From contig JAERTI010000043.1 in NCBI GenBank assembly GCA_016844925.1, positions 133,110 to 197,109 on the forward strand: 64,000 nt of DNA. Reading direction: 5' to 3'. The DNA is from Candidatus Uhrbacteria bacterium (GTDB lineage Bacteria > Patescibacteriota > Patescibacteriia > UBA9934 > GWF2-40-263). The notes under the pieces are model-generated. The model worked only from the letters and a program-made list of their open reading frames with translations, did no database searches and was not told the origin of the DNA. Positions 37,178 through 47,095 of this stretch are shown piece after piece. A program made the translations under genes and the position numbers. Position 1 is the first letter of the stretch. Each line of letters opens with the position of its first letter.

Positions 37178-37210
37178 CAAAAAAGAAGGTCACAAGACCT
37201 TCTTTTTTCG
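37178..37210. terminator. bidirectional terminator
   Basis: AAAAAGAAGGTC-ACAA-GACCTTCTTTTTT. Confidence 0.75.
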
Positions 37211-37257
37211 TAAGAAAAATCCCGAGCAAGAAGCTCGGGGGAGGGGTGGCCGTGAGG

Positions 37258-37890
37258 CTACTGCGTCGGGTACAGGCGGTCGCCGGCGTCGCCCAGGCCC
37301 GGGACGATGTAGGCGTCCTCGTTGAGCACTTCGTCCACGGCGCCGATGACGATGTCGACGTCCGGGTGCTCGCGCTCCATGCGGGCGATGCCCTGGGTGC
37401 AGCCGAGAACACCCACGAAGACGATGCGACCCGCGCCGCGGTCCTTGAGGTGCTGCACGGCGAAGCTGGCGCTGCCGGCGGTGGCCAGCATGGGATCGAG
37501 CACGAAGCAGGTGCCGATGGGGAACATGATCGGGGTGGGGACCTTGGAGTCCGTGAAGATCGGTCCAAAGGGTGGCTCGTGGGAGCGGCTCATGGACAGG
37601 TGCCAGATCAGTGCCTCGGGCAGGTAGGCCAGGAACGCATCGAGCATGCCGTGGCCAGCGCGCATGACGGGGACCAGGGCGTGCTGCTCGTTGATGATCG
37701 GGCAGTCGGTCTGAGCCAGTGGCGTGGTGACGAGTCTGCTGGTCGTCGGGAGGCCGGCGGTGGCCTCCGTGGCCAGCACCAGGCTCAGGCGGTGGAGCTG
37801 CGCGCGGAATTCGGCAACACCGGTACGCTTGTCGCGCAGACGCGCAACAGCATCCTGTGCGATGGCGTGAGAGAGGATGGTGACAGACAT
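37258..37890 (-). CDS. upp: uracil phosphoribosyltransferase
   Basis: VLDPMLATAGS and YIVPGLGDAGDR motifs; GC-rich. Confidence 0.8.
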   Translation of the reverse strand: MSVTILSHAIAQDAVARLRDKRTGVAEFRAQLHRLSLVLATEATAGLPTTSRLVTTPLAQTDCPIINEQHALVPVMRAGHGMLDAFLAYLPEALIWHLSMSRSHEPPFGPIFTDSKVPTPIMFPIGTCFVLDPMLATAGSASFAVQHLKDRGAGRIVFVGVLGCTQGIARMEREHPDVDIVIGAVDEVLNEDAYIVPGLGDAGDRLYPTQ

Positions 37891-38005
37891 GGTTCTTACC
37901 TCCGTGTGAAACCGTGGCAACTCTAGGGGCCATCGTGCTGGCTGTCAACCAGAAGACAGGAGAGTCTCGTGGTAAACTACCGCCGTTAATCTGTGATTGA
38001 TTGGT

Positions 38006-39487
38006 ATGAAAGAGCGTTATCTTATTGTCATTATCGTCCTTCTTGGCCTCCTGGTCGGTGGGTTATATTGGAAACTTACAAGCCAAGATGAATCACAAGG
38101 CCATGCGCTGCCACCGCTTCCTGAACCAGCCCTGCAAGAGCTTCTTCCACTTGATGAGGGGGAGCCTCTCGAGGAATCAACAACAGATCTTTTGCAACTT
38201 GGCACGAACTTTATTCGATTCTTTTGGACGCCAGAGGATAACAAGGGGCCACTAACCGTTCTTTCCGATGATCCTGTGACGCGTGCGCGTGAGGAACTTG
38301 AGTGGGCTGATGCCGAAAGCATCTTCTCGGAACTTGAGTCCATTGGGGCACAGGCATACCGACAGTTAGCAAAAGCAGATCTCATGTGGGCGGTGATCGA
38401 GCCGGAGGATGATCAGTGGAATTTTGCCGCCGCAGACGAAGTCTTTCTCTCCAGCGATGGTCAATCTGAACCGATTGTCACCCTTTTTGCGATGCAGTAT
38501 GCCAGCGGCACCCCACCATGGATAACGGACCCAGCGAAGTTCGACAAAACCCTGGGGCTTGAGGCGCAGGAGTACCTCGAGGTACTCATTGATCGTTATG
38601 GGGAGGAGGTGACCTACTGGGAGATTGGAAATGAGATGGATCACTGGAGCGTGCTTGATGACAGTAGTGCGAAGAGCAATGTGCCAAGTGGTCGCATTCC
38701 AGAGGTGGCGACAGGGCATTCATTCACTCCGGTCGAGCAGGGCAAGTTTTACGCACAGGTTGCCGCGTTTATTCGGGAACGAGACGAGGATGCCGTAATT
38801 GTGATGCCAGGTCTTGGCGGGTTGCATGACTATGCCCTTGAGCAGTGGATCCCAGGCGTGATTGAAGGGGGGGGAACGGATTGGTTCGATGTCGTGAACT
38901 ACCATCACTATGGGGCATGGGATGAATACCTAGAGGAGCGTGAAGCTCTTGCGGCTCTTCTGCAGTCGTACGGCATCGAGGATAAGCCTGTTTGGCTGAC
39001 GGAAACAGGATCGACAGCTGATCCAACGCTCACCAATCGCACGCGCTACCCAAACTCTGAGCGCACACAGGCGGCGGACGTCTTCCGTCGTATTGTGCAG
39101 GCCTGGGGAGCGGGGGATGAGCTGGTGCTCTGGCATTCGTTTATTGGCGCGCTCGACTCACCGACAAACACGTGGCGTGGATATGCGCTGATTGATTATC
39201 ACGGTGAGTCACGCATGGCCCATGAGGCCTTTACGCTTTTAAGTGAGGAGCTTGTACCATTTAAATCCGTCGAGCGCATCGAGGACGTTTCTGCGGGGCA
39301 GCATGTGTATCGCGTGACTGTGGCTGACGGGGCCGAGAAGTACGTTGCCTGGGGAGAGGGGCGTTGGCGCGCACCGATTGGAATGAGTGAGTATGCATCG
39401 GTGGTGATGGAGGTTGGATCGCCGGTGCTGTGGAATACCGTTCATGAATCGATTGAGCTGACAGAGGAACCCGTGTTGGTTCGATAA
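38006..39487 (+). CDS. membrane-anchored glycoside hydrolase (clan GH-A-like)
   Basis: N-terminal TM; WEIGNEMD catalytic NE motif. Confidence 0.5.
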   Translation: MKERYLIVIIVLLGLLVGGLYWKLTSQDESQGHALPPLPEPALQELLPLDEGEPLEESTTDLLQLGTNFIRFFWTPEDNKGPLTVLSDDPVTRAREELEWADAESIFSELESIGAQAYRQLAKADLMWAVIEPEDDQWNFAAADEVFLSSDGQSEPIVTLFAMQYASGTPPWITDPAKFDKTLGLEAQEYLEVLIDRYGEEVTYWEIGNEMDHWSVLDDSSAKSNVPSGRIPEVATGHSFTPVEQGKFYAQVAAFIRERDEDAVIVMPGLGGLHDYALEQWIPGVIEGGGTDWFDVVNYHHYGAWDEYLEEREALAALLQSYGIEDKPVWLTETGSTADPTLTNRTRYPNSERTQAADVFRRIVQAWGAGDELVLWHSFIGALDSPTNTWRGYALIDYHGESRMAHEAFTLLSEELVPFKSVERIEDVSAGQHVYRVTVADGAEKYVAWGEGRWRAPIGMSEYASVVMEVGSPVLWNTVHESIELTEEPVLVR

Positions 39488-39619
39488 GATCATGAAGACA
39501 CCCTTGAGGTAAAGAGGGTGTTTTCTTTTTGACAAAACGCAAAAAAATGACTACACTCAATTCAGAAATTGCGTGCGAAGGACGCGGCCACGGGCCGTTT
39601 TTTGTTTTGCTCACTCTCC

Positions 39620-41782
39620 ATGCTTATGCTCGACCTTTTGAAAACACATTTTGGTTACGATGCGTTCCGTCCATTGCAAAAGGACATCATCGATACCATT
39701 GTTTCTGGAAAAGACACACTCGTTTTGATGCCTACGGGAGGAGGGAAGTCTTTGTGTTACCAGCTTCCAGCGCTCGCTCTCCCCGGAATGACACTCGTGG
39801 TCTCACCGCTTATTGCGCTGATGAAAGATCAGGTGGATGCGCTGTGTGCGAACGGGATCTCTGCGGCGTTTATCAATAGCTCGCTTACACCAAGTGAGCG
39901 GGAGGCGGTGATGGAGCGTGCGCGCTCTGGTGAGTTGAAGATTTTGTACATCGCTCCGGAACGAGTCGACTCGTATGGTTTTTCAAGTCTCCTTGATGCG
40001 GTCGAGATCAGCCTCTTAGCTATCGACGAGGCGCACTGTATCTCGCAGTGGGGGCATGACTTCCGTCCGGACTATCGGAATCTGGGGATGCTGCGCAGGA
40101 AGCTTGTGGGAACACCGGTGGTCGCACTAACGGCTACGGCGACGCCCAGAGTGCGTAAAGACATCCTTGAGCAGCTCATCATGCCCAAGGCGGAAGTGTT
40201 TGTTTCGAGTTTTAACCGAGAGAATCTTTTTTACAGCGTCCGTCCAAAGTACAACGCGATGTCTCAGCTCGTGGAGTTGTTGCAGGCCCATGAGGGGGAA
40301 TCGACGATCATCTATTGTTTTTCACGCAAGAATACAGAGGAAATTGCCCAAGCCCTGACGCGTGCCGGGCTCCCGGCGGAAGCGTATCACGCGGGGCTTC
40401 CTAAGCGTCAGCGTATGCAGGTGCAGGAAGAGTTTATCCGTGACGAGACGCCGATCATTGTGGCGACCATTGCCTTTGGGATGGGGATCGACAAGCCGGA
40501 CGTGCGGCTCGTGGTGCACATGGATTTGCCAAAGACCATCGAGGGGTACTACCAAGAGACGGGGCGCGCGGGCCGCGACAGTTTGCCGAGTGAGTGTGTG
40601 CTGTTTTATTCGTACGCGGATAAACGAAAGCAAGAATATTTTATTAATCAACTTGGCGACCGCCAGGAGCATGCGCTCGCGACCAGGAAGCTCGAGGACG
40701 TGATTGTCTACTGTCAGAGCGATGTGTGCCGGCGGTTTATCCTGCTCGCCTACTTTGGGGAGATCGACGCGGCGACCTCTTGTGAGGCTTGTGATAATTG
40801 TACGGAGCCTGCAGCAGAGCCCGTAGAAGCCACGGAAATTTCACAAAAGATTCTCTCAGCTGTGCTGCGCACGGGAGAGCGGTTTGGTGCCGCGCATGTC
40901 TGTGACGTGCTGCGTGGCTCAAGAAAGAAACGGATCCTCGAGCTGCGGCATGATGACTTGTCTGTGCATGGGATCGCGCGTGATGTGTCGGCTGGGGCGT
41001 TGCGTGAGTATACGCATGCGCTGAAAAAATGTGGCTACTTGCAGCAGAGTGAAGGGGAGTACCCGACGCTGCAGGTGAGTAGCAAGGGAAAGCAGGCGCT
41101 TGTGAATAAAGAGGAGATCATGTTGCCCGTGGTTGTCATGGAAGAAAAGAAGAAGGCACGCAAGCGGCGGTCGGGAACAGACTTGGCATACGACGTTGAG
41201 CTGTTTGAAAAACTCAGAGCACTGCGTAAAGAGATTGCCGATGAGCAGAACGTCCCACCGTTCGTAATCTTTGGAGACAAGACCCTCTATGAGATGGCGT
41301 TCTATTTCCCATCGAACTTAGATGCGTTTTCTGGATTGTTTGGTGTTGGAAGGAAGAAGCTCGAGGCGTTCGGGGAAGCGTTCTTGGCGTGCATCGCCGA
41401 GGAGGTCGCCGCACGCGGGCTCGAGGAACGGTCGGTCCCAGTAAAAGCATCGAAGCGTCCTAGCACCAGAGCGGCGCGCACGAGTGGGACTCTCGAGGAG
41501 ACAAGGGGGCTCTTAGGTGAGGGGTGCTCGATCGAAGAGATTGCCGCACGCCGAGGGCTGGGTTCAAGGACGATCGTGCATCACATTGAGAAGCTGGTGC
41601 TTGAGGGGGACGATATAACGATCGATCACCTCAGGCCGAGTAAAGAGGTGTTCGATGAGATCGAGGAGGCGTTCCGTGCAACAGGTGGAGTGACGCTCAC
41701 GGCCGTGTTTAAGCGGTTGGGGGAGAAGTATAGCTACGATGATTTGAGGCTGGTGAGGTTGTTTTTGTCTGATCAGGAGTAG
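39620..41782 (+). CDS. recQ: ATP-dependent DNA helicase RecQ
   Basis: FGYDAFRPLQ, PTGGGKSLCYQLPA, DEAHCISQWGHDFRPDY; RQC and HRDC regions. Confidence 0.9.
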   Translation: MLMLDLLKTHFGYDAFRPLQKDIIDTIVSGKDTLVLMPTGGGKSLCYQLPALALPGMTLVVSPLIALMKDQVDALCANGISAAFINSSLTPSEREAVMERARSGELKILYIAPERVDSYGFSSLLDAVEISLLAIDEAHCISQWGHDFRPDYRNLGMLRRKLVGTPVVALTATATPRVRKDILEQLIMPKAEVFVSSFNRENLFYSVRPKYNAMSQLVELLQAHEGESTIIYCFSRKNTEEIAQALTRAGLPAEAYHAGLPKRQRMQVQEEFIRDETPIIVATIAFGMGIDKPDVRLVVHMDLPKTIEGYYQETGRAGRDSLPSECVLFYSYADKRKQEYFINQLGDRQEHALATRKLEDVIVYCQSDVCRRFILLAYFGEIDAATSCEACDNCTEPAAEPVEATEISQKILSAVLRTGERFGAAHVCDVLRGSRKKRILELRHDDLSVHGIARDVSAGALREYTHALKKCGYLQQSEGEYPTLQVSSKGKQALVNKEEIMLPVVVMEEKKKARKRRSGTDLAYDVELFEKLRALRKEIADEQNVPPFVIFGDKTLYEMAFYFPSNLDAFSGLFGVGRKKLEAFGEAFLACIAEEVAARGLEERSVPVKASKRPSTRAARTSGTLEETRGLLGEGCSIEEIAARRGLGSRTIVHHIEKLVLEGDDITIDHLRPSKEVFDEIEEAFRATGGVTLTAVFKRLGEKYSYDDLRLVRLFLSDQE

Positions 41783-41796
41783 GTGAGGGGTAGGCG

Positions 41797-41832
41797 AAAA
41801 ATAACACTCCATCGTGATGATGGAGTTTTGTT
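41797..41832. terminator. bidirectional terminator
   Basis: ACTCCATC-GTGA-TGATGGAGTTTTG. Confidence 0.65.
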
Positions 41833-41874
41833 CGTAATGTCAGCTGAAATTAGGTTGTTCTTGGAAGTCGATTA

Positions 41875-42684
41875 TCAGGTGCGGCTGTAATGAATGCCCA
41901 TGGCCAGAAAGAAACCGATGGTTCCAACGAGAACAATGGCAGCGCCTGAGGGGATGTCTAGCCAGTAGGAGCTTAGGAGCCCGCCGATGATGGCTAGCTC
42001 TGATACGATAACTGATCCGATCATGTAGGTGCGGAACGTATTTGTCAGGAGGCGACTTGTTGCCGGTGGGATGATGAGTAAGGCACTGACGAGAATGATT
42101 CCGAGAATTTTCACTCCTAAGACCGTTGCGACAGATAGGCTCATGTACAACATGAGCGTTTTTGTTTCCACGCGAATGCCACTCACGCGGGCGCTTTCTT
42201 CGTTGAGGGAAAGGTAGGTTAGCTCGCGTAGTGAGTGCAGTAGCCAAGACAGGATAATGATTGTGGCAACAGCAATGATCAGCAGGTCGGTGGGGCGAAC
42301 GCCTAGGATGTTTCCAAAGAGGAATGACAGGAGTTCTGGTTGATAGCCGCTAGTAAAACTCATGAGCACGACTCCTAGTGCCATTGAGCTCGTGAACAGG
42401 ATGCCAATGAGCGTGTCTGAAGAAAGGCGTGTACGACGTTCAAGTAAAAAGATCAGGAGCCCGATGAACATCGACCAGGCAATAGCGATGGGCAGTGGGC
42501 TGAGTCCAGCCAGGATGGCGATGGAAATTCCAGCAAGCGAAGCGTGGGCGATTCCTTCCCCAAAGAAAGCCATCTTTCTAAGAGTGGCAAACACCCCAAG
42601 GAACGCAAGAAGTGCCCCAAGGAAGATTCCTGCAATAAACGCCCTTTGCATGAATGGAAGTTGGAATAGGTCAAAAAATTCCAT
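41875..42684 (-). CDS. znuB: metal ABC transporter permease
   Basis: ZnuB/MntB-like TM pattern. Confidence 0.8.
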   Translation of the reverse strand: MEFFDLFQLPFMQRAFIAGIFLGALLAFLGVFATLRKMAFFGEGIAHASLAGISIAILAGLSPLPIAIAWSMFIGLLIFLLERRTRLSSDTLIGILFTSSMALGVVLMSFTSGYQPELLSFLFGNILGVRPTDLLIIAVATIIILSWLLHSLRELTYLSLNEESARVSGIRVETKTLMLYMSLSVATVLGVKILGIILVSALLIIPPATSRLLTNTFRTYMIGSVIVSELAIIGGLLSSYWLDIPSGAAIVLVGTIGFFLAMGIHYSRT

Positions 42685-42686
42685 AG

Positions 42687-43409
42687 CTAGTGTTTGTGTT
42701 TCTGCTGATTATGCACCGCTGCATGTTTTCCATACAGTTCGGTGAGCTTCTGCTGTGTCAGCATGGTTTGAGGGGGGCCTGCGCAGAGAAGGCATTTGTT
42801 GATACAAATAACTTGATCAACCAGTTTTGACACCATGGAGACATCATGTGAAACCAGAAGGATGGTTGTCCCTCGTTGTTTATTTAGGTTTTTCAAGATG
42901 TTGTAAAACTCCGCTTCACCAACGATGTCGATGCCTGTTGATGGTTCATCGAGCAGTAGCAGCTCTGGTTCATTCAGAAGCGCTTGGGCAATCAGTACAC
43001 GTTGAAGCTGACCACCTGAGAGGGTGCCAAGCAAGCTGCTTGTCGCTGAAGCGGGGAGTCCAACCTCATCAAGTTTTCCTACGATGGCTTTTTCATCGAG
43101 TTGTTGTGCGACAGCCAAATTCATGAATTCCGTGACAGTAATAGGAAAATCATCTTGAAATTCAAACCGTTGGGGGACATACCCAATCTTTTCCCGGAAT
43201 GCATTAAGTGGACGGTCGAAAAATAACACCTCACCCGTGTGCATGGGTACAAGCCCCAACAGTGTTTTAAGTAGGGTGGTTTTTCCTGATCCGTTTGGTC
43301 CAATAAGTGCGGCAATCTGACCTTGATCTACACAGAATGAAATGTCATCGAGAACCTGTTTGCTTCCGAAACGAACGGAAAGATCCTCGACATGAATAGC
43401 GCTCGACAT
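42687..43409 (-). CDS. znuC: metal ABC transporter ATP-binding protein
   Basis: GPNGSGKTT, LSGGQLQR, LLLDEP. Confidence 0.85.
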   Translation of the reverse strand: MSSAIHVEDLSVRFGSKQVLDDISFCVDQGQIAALIGPNGSGKTTLLKTLLGLVPMHTGEVLFFDRPLNAFREKIGYVPQRFEFQDDFPITVTEFMNLAVAQQLDEKAIVGKLDEVGLPASATSSLLGTLSGGQLQRVLIAQALLNEPELLLLDEPSTGIDIVGEAEFYNILKNLNKQRGTTILLVSHDVSMVSKLVDQVICINKCLLCAGPPQTMLTQQKLTELYGKHAAVHNQQKHKH

Positions 43410-43412
43410 AGA

Positions 43413-44417
43413 TTAGTTGTTCTCAACGATGGTTCGTGCATTAAACAACATTAGGTCAATGTAGGATTCACGTCCCTCCACGCCTCCGATAGGATCAAGT
43501 TCAACGATATTGAGCTGATTGTCAGCAGCGAATGCTTCGAGGTTAGCAGTGCCGAATTGTGGCTCTGAAAAAATGGTTGAGGTCTGCGCGGTCTCAAGGG
43601 CGTGTGTGAGCTCCGCCAGATATCTTGGCGTAGGCTCTCTGCCGGCGGAAGGTTCAAAGGTTCCAACAATAGTGAGGTCAAACTCATTGGCAAAGTAAAA
43701 CCATGCGTCGTGGAAATTGACCATGTTCTTGTTTTCAAGATCTGCGAACAAGTTTTCTATCTCCGTGTGTGTTTGTGAGAGTGCTTCAAGATACTCCGTC
43801 AGGTTTGCTTCAAACTCCGTACGCATTTCTGGGTAGCGTTCAGAGAGGTCCGCAGAAATATTTTTTGCGATTTGCTCGGCGTTGGAAATTGACAACCAAT
43901 AGTGAGGATCTGTTTCGCCATGTTCATGACCATGTTCATCTTCCTCCTCCTCATGATCACCTTCTTCCTCGTGATCATCGTCGTGCTCTTCTTCATGATC
44001 GTCCTCTTCTTCGTGTCCGTCCTCCTCTTCTTCAGCTTCTGATTTGAGAGCGACATTCTTGTCCACGATGACAACATCTGTCCCCTGAGAAGCAGCTAGG
44101 TCGGATGCCCAGTCATCGAGTCCATACCCAATGGAATAAATAACATCTACTCCTTGCATTTCGCGAAGCACGCTGGGAGTTATCTCAAACGTATGAGGAC
44201 TTGCTCCAGGGGGGAGGACTACATTCACAGCAATGTTCTCGCCGGCAATGTGTGCGGCAATATCTTGGAGTGGGGAAATGGTGGTAGAAACCGTTATCTG
44301 GTCATTGGTTTGAGTGGTGGTGTCTGTGGGGCTGGAGGAGGAACTCGTGTTCCATAGTACAAACAATGCCAGAGGGGCAATGACAAGTGCGGCGAGAAGG
44401 TGTTTTGTTTTTTTCAT
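43413..44417 (-). CDS. znuA: metal (Zn) ABC transporter substrate-binding protein with His/Asp/Glu-rich loop
   Basis: Signal peptide; ZnuA fold motifs; HEEEDDHEEEHDDDHEEEGDHEEEEDEHGHEHG loop. Confidence 0.8.
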   Translation of the reverse strand: MKKTKHLLAALVIAPLALFVLWNTSSSSSPTDTTTQTNDQITVSTTISPLQDIAAHIAGENIAVNVVLPPGASPHTFEITPSVLREMQGVDVIYSIGYGLDDWASDLAASQGTDVVIVDKNVALKSEAEEEEDGHEEEDDHEEEHDDDHEEEGDHEEEEDEHGHEHGETDPHYWLSISNAEQIAKNISADLSERYPEMRTEFEANLTEYLEALSQTHTEIENLFADLENKNMVNFHDAWFYFANEFDLTIVGTFEPSAGREPTPRYLAELTHALETAQTSTIFSEPQFGTANLEAFAADNQLNIVELDPIGGVEGRESYIDLMLFNARTIVENN

Positions 44418-44420
44418 ACG

Positions 44421-44810
44421 CTATGTACAGGTTTTACAGGTACCGGTTAATTCCAGGATGTGGGTTGGTTGTTTAGGAATAGGACAGGGGACACATTCAA
44501 CGATGTCACAGGAGGCACATAAGAAGTGATCATGATGTGTTTTCTGCTGCTTCTCAAAATGCTGTTCCCCATGGTGAGAGTGAACTTCAGTAACAATCCC
44601 TACCTCTGTAAGTTTCTGGATGTTGCGATAGACAGTAGTTAAGTTGAGTGTACGAAGTTCCTGGTGAATCTGTTTTGCGGTCCAAGTGCGCTTCTCCTCA
44701 AATAGCTCAAGGATGCGGTGTCGGTCTTTGGTTTTATGGAGAGCGTGGCGCTCAAGTGTTTCTTCAATGTTGCAATGACTCATAGAAAGAATGATGGTTG
44801 CTGGAAACAA
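44421..44810 (-). CDS. zur: Fur-family regulator (Zur)
   Basis: Fur-family HTH region, HHDH and CxxC motifs. Confidence 0.7.
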   Translation of the reverse strand: MFPATIILSMSHCNIEETLERHALHKTKDRHRILELFEEKRTWTAKQIHQELRTLNLTTVYRNIQKLTEVGIVTEVHSHHGEQHFEKQQKTHHDHFLCASCDIVECVPCPIPKQPTHILELTGTCKTCT

Positions 44811-44812
44811 AT

Positions 44813-44830
44813 ATGCAAATAAGTTTGCAT
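44813..44830. promoter_or_regulatory. Zur/Fur-box-like palindrome ATGCAAA-N4-TTTGCAT in the zur/SRPBCC divergent region
   Basis: Read directly. Confidence 0.45.
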
Positions 44831-44905
44831 TTTGTCAAATCCGGTTTGATGGTCGCGGTAAGGATGGTGTCTTCTTCTTCGGAATTCCAGTAGGATGTAA
44901 GGCAT

Positions 44906-45352
44906 ATGCAAGTGAAAACAACGATCACCATTAACGCGCCCATAGACGATGTCTTTAAGGCGTTTTCAGATTTATCAAGAGCCGCAGATCTGATTGAGGG
45001 GATACAGGAGATTGAGGTGCTTGAGGGACCTGCCTGCATGGCTGTTGGAACAAAGTGGCGTGAGACGCGTGAAATGTTTGGAAAGACAGCGACGGAAGTG
45101 ATGTGGGTGACAGAGCTTGAGGCCAATAAGCGCTATGCTGTTGAGGCCCAGTCACATGGGACAAAGTATTGGTCCGAATATCTATTCGAAGAAGAGGATG
45201 GGAAAACACACGTAAGGCTAACATTCAAAGGGACGCCCATAACGTTGCTGTCAAAGATTCTAGGCACCCTCATGTTCCCACTGTTTGCAGCAGCAACGAA
45301 GAAAGCTTTACACCAAGACATGATGGATTTGAAAAAGCACCTCGAGAAATAG
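44906..45352 (+). CDS. SRPBCC (polyketide cyclase/START-like) family protein
   Basis: ITINAPIDDVFKAFSDL start typical of SRPBCC. Confidence 0.55.
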   Translation: MQVKTTITINAPIDDVFKAFSDLSRAADLIEGIQEIEVLEGPACMAVGTKWRETREMFGKTATEVMWVTELEANKRYAVEAQSHGTKYWSEYLFEEEDGKTHVRLTFKGTPITLLSKILGTLMFPLFAAATKKALHQDMMDLKKHLEK

Positions 45353-45545
45353 TTCGAGAGGTTAAGAGGGATAGCGCTTTATAAGAACTCGCCGCTTGGT
45401 GAGTTTTTAGATTTTTTTGTTATGAGCCATGATTCATTGACAAAGCGCTTATTTTGTGTCATTCTAACGCCTCCCATTTTTAGGGGAGAAGCACTTTTCA
45501 AGACGTGGTCGGTATAACGGTTACGCACCTGGAGGCATGTAAGAA

Positions 45546-45962
45546 ATGCCCAGAGGAATGTTTCCCACCTTCAATATGCCTCAGAAGCCCTGCACCGCTG
45601 AGGAGATTCGAGAGCTTTGCCGCGAGGCTGGCATGGAGCCCAAGCAACTCAAGGAGTTGCAACTGCCAGGTTCCTGCTGCCACGGTCAGCTTGGCTTGAT
45701 CGTTGTGCTCGCAGACCCGCGGGTTTGGACACTGACCTACGAGAAGTTCGATGAGGTGCCCGAAGAGCCATTCTTCTGGTACTACCAGAGCAAGAAGGTG
45801 AAGCAGGTGCACTGGAACACCAAGCGCTCCCTTCCGTTCCTGGGTGGTCCTCCGGCCACATTCAAGTGGTACGTTCAGTACTCCACAGTGGCTACTCCTC
45901 GAGAATTGTCCGTGTTCGTTTTGGATACGAACGTGAACGATATGGGAGACCGGAAGCACTAG
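45546..45962 (+). CDS. hypothetical protein
   Basis: GC-rich ORF followed by a terminator. Confidence 0.4.
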   Translation: MPRGMFPTFNMPQKPCTAEEIRELCREAGMEPKQLKELQLPGSCCHGQLGLIVVLADPRVWTLTYEKFDEVPEEPFFWYYQSKKVKQVHWNTKRSLPFLGGPPATFKWYVQYSTVATPRELSVFVLDTNVNDMGDRKH

Positions 45963-46072
45963 CGAAGTAGCTCTGGCGATCCCATCATCAACACCTGCAA
46001 CGTTCTGGCTGCCGTCTTCACGGGGCTGCGATTGCAGGAAACGACCCAAGTGACACGCACTTGGGAACTAAA

Positions 46073-46102
46073 CAAAAAACCCGAGCACGGCTCGGGTTTT
46101 TT
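46073..46102. terminator. bidirectional terminator
   Basis: AAAAAACCCGAGC-ACG-GCTCGGGTTTTTT. Confidence 0.8.
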
Positions 46103-46197
46103 GTTGGTGACCCTACAGGGACTTCGTTGGAACCAATGGGTGGAGGAGTTGATAGGTTGGGTGCGTTTTCAACAATCAATTCCTTTTTGATTCGTGT

Positions 46198-46800
46198 CTA
46201 TTTAATCCTCAACGAATCCACTGCCTGTTGCCATGTCGCTTCAATCACCTGTTCATCTGTTACACCGGTCTTTACTGCGGTGAGAGTTGCGATCAGAGCC
46301 TTGTCTTCGATCAGGATAACAATTTGTTTTACAATTTCGCCCGACGCTGGTGCTCCATGCCATTCTGAGGATAACGCCGTGTACCCACCTACCATCGACT
46401 CAGTCCATTCGGAATAATCTGTGTCAATACAAGGTGGGCCGAATTCCAGACCAGACTTTTCAAAATCTGCGAGGCAGGATTCGTAGTCTGCATCGTTTCG
46501 ATCTTGAAGTTCTTCTATTGACGTCGGTGCACCCTCTGACACGGAATAAATGAAGGTTCCTTCTTTTTCCGTGCTCGTTGAAGATTCTGCGAGGCCATCT
46601 AGGTAATCAAAATTGGAAGCAAACAATGTGCGGTCCTCGGACTCTCGCGTCTCCCAATGTAGCGGATATTCAAATGAAACACCGATTTGAGCATCCTTAA
46701 AAACATTCACATCTGTTGTCGAGTTCGTGAGATAATAACTGATAAGCAAGGCCAGTACGATGCTGATCAACACTAACGGCCATAGTAATTTCTTTTTCAT
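46198..46800 (-). CDS. hypothetical exported or membrane-anchored protein
   Basis: MKKKLLWPLVLISIVLALL signal/anchor. Confidence 0.45.
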   Translation of the reverse strand: MKKKLLWPLVLISIVLALLISYYLTNSTTDVNVFKDAQIGVSFEYPLHWETRESEDRTLFASNFDYLDGLAESSTSTEKEGTFIYSVSEGAPTSIEELQDRNDADYESCLADFEKSGLEFGPPCIDTDYSEWTESMVGGYTALSSEWHGAPASGEIVKQIVILIEDKALIATLTAVKTGVTDEQVIEATWQQAVDSLRIK

Positions 46801-46921
46801 AAATGTGCTTACACGTTTAAAATAATTGATGTTAAAATAACTGTACAAGTTTTAGAAAATAAACGCGACCATAAAAGTTCTGTAAATAAAGACAAAACGG
46901 TCTATTTTGGATAGTAGAAAG

Positions 46922-46960
46922 TTTTAAAAAATAAACACTCAGCGTCATGCTGAGTGTTTA
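46922..46960 (-). terminator. terminator downstream of tRNA-Glu
   Basis: AAACACTCAGC-GTCAT-GCTGAGTGTTT followed by a U-run on the minus strand. Confidence 0.7.
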
Positions 46961-46961
46961 T

Positions 46962-47036
46962 TGGTGACCCCACGGGGAATCGAACCCCGCTTTCCAGGAT
47001 GAAAACCTGGCGTCCTAACCGATAGACGATGGGGCC
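46962..47036 (-). tRNA. tRNA-Glu (anticodon UUC)
   Basis: Minus-strand GGCCCCATCGTCTATCGGTTAGGACGCCAGGTTTTCATCCTGGAAAGCGGGGTTCGATTCCCCGTGGGGTCACCA; cloverleaf with anticodon loop TTTTCAT and encoded CCA. Confidence 0.85.
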
Positions 47037-47095
47037 GTCTTATCGATGGGCAGCGCAATAATAGCAAATAGAGACAAGGAGTCAAGGAATAGGTG

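Noticed and set aside
37190-37948. 252-aa minus-strand ORF and 258-aa + ORF overlapping upp
   Set aside because: The alternative frame of 37258..37890 carries clear uracil phosphoribosyltransferase motifs (VLDPMLATAGS, YIVPGLGDAGDR); the others are Arg/Pro/Gly-rich shadow ORFs.
43900-44040. Highly repetitive GA/CT-rich DNA (catgat/cttcttc units) that looks like a microsatellite
   Set aside because: It encodes the His/Asp/Glu-rich metal-binding loop of the ZnuA-type substrate-binding protein. This is a well-known feature of Zn-specific SBPs, not a non-coding repeat.
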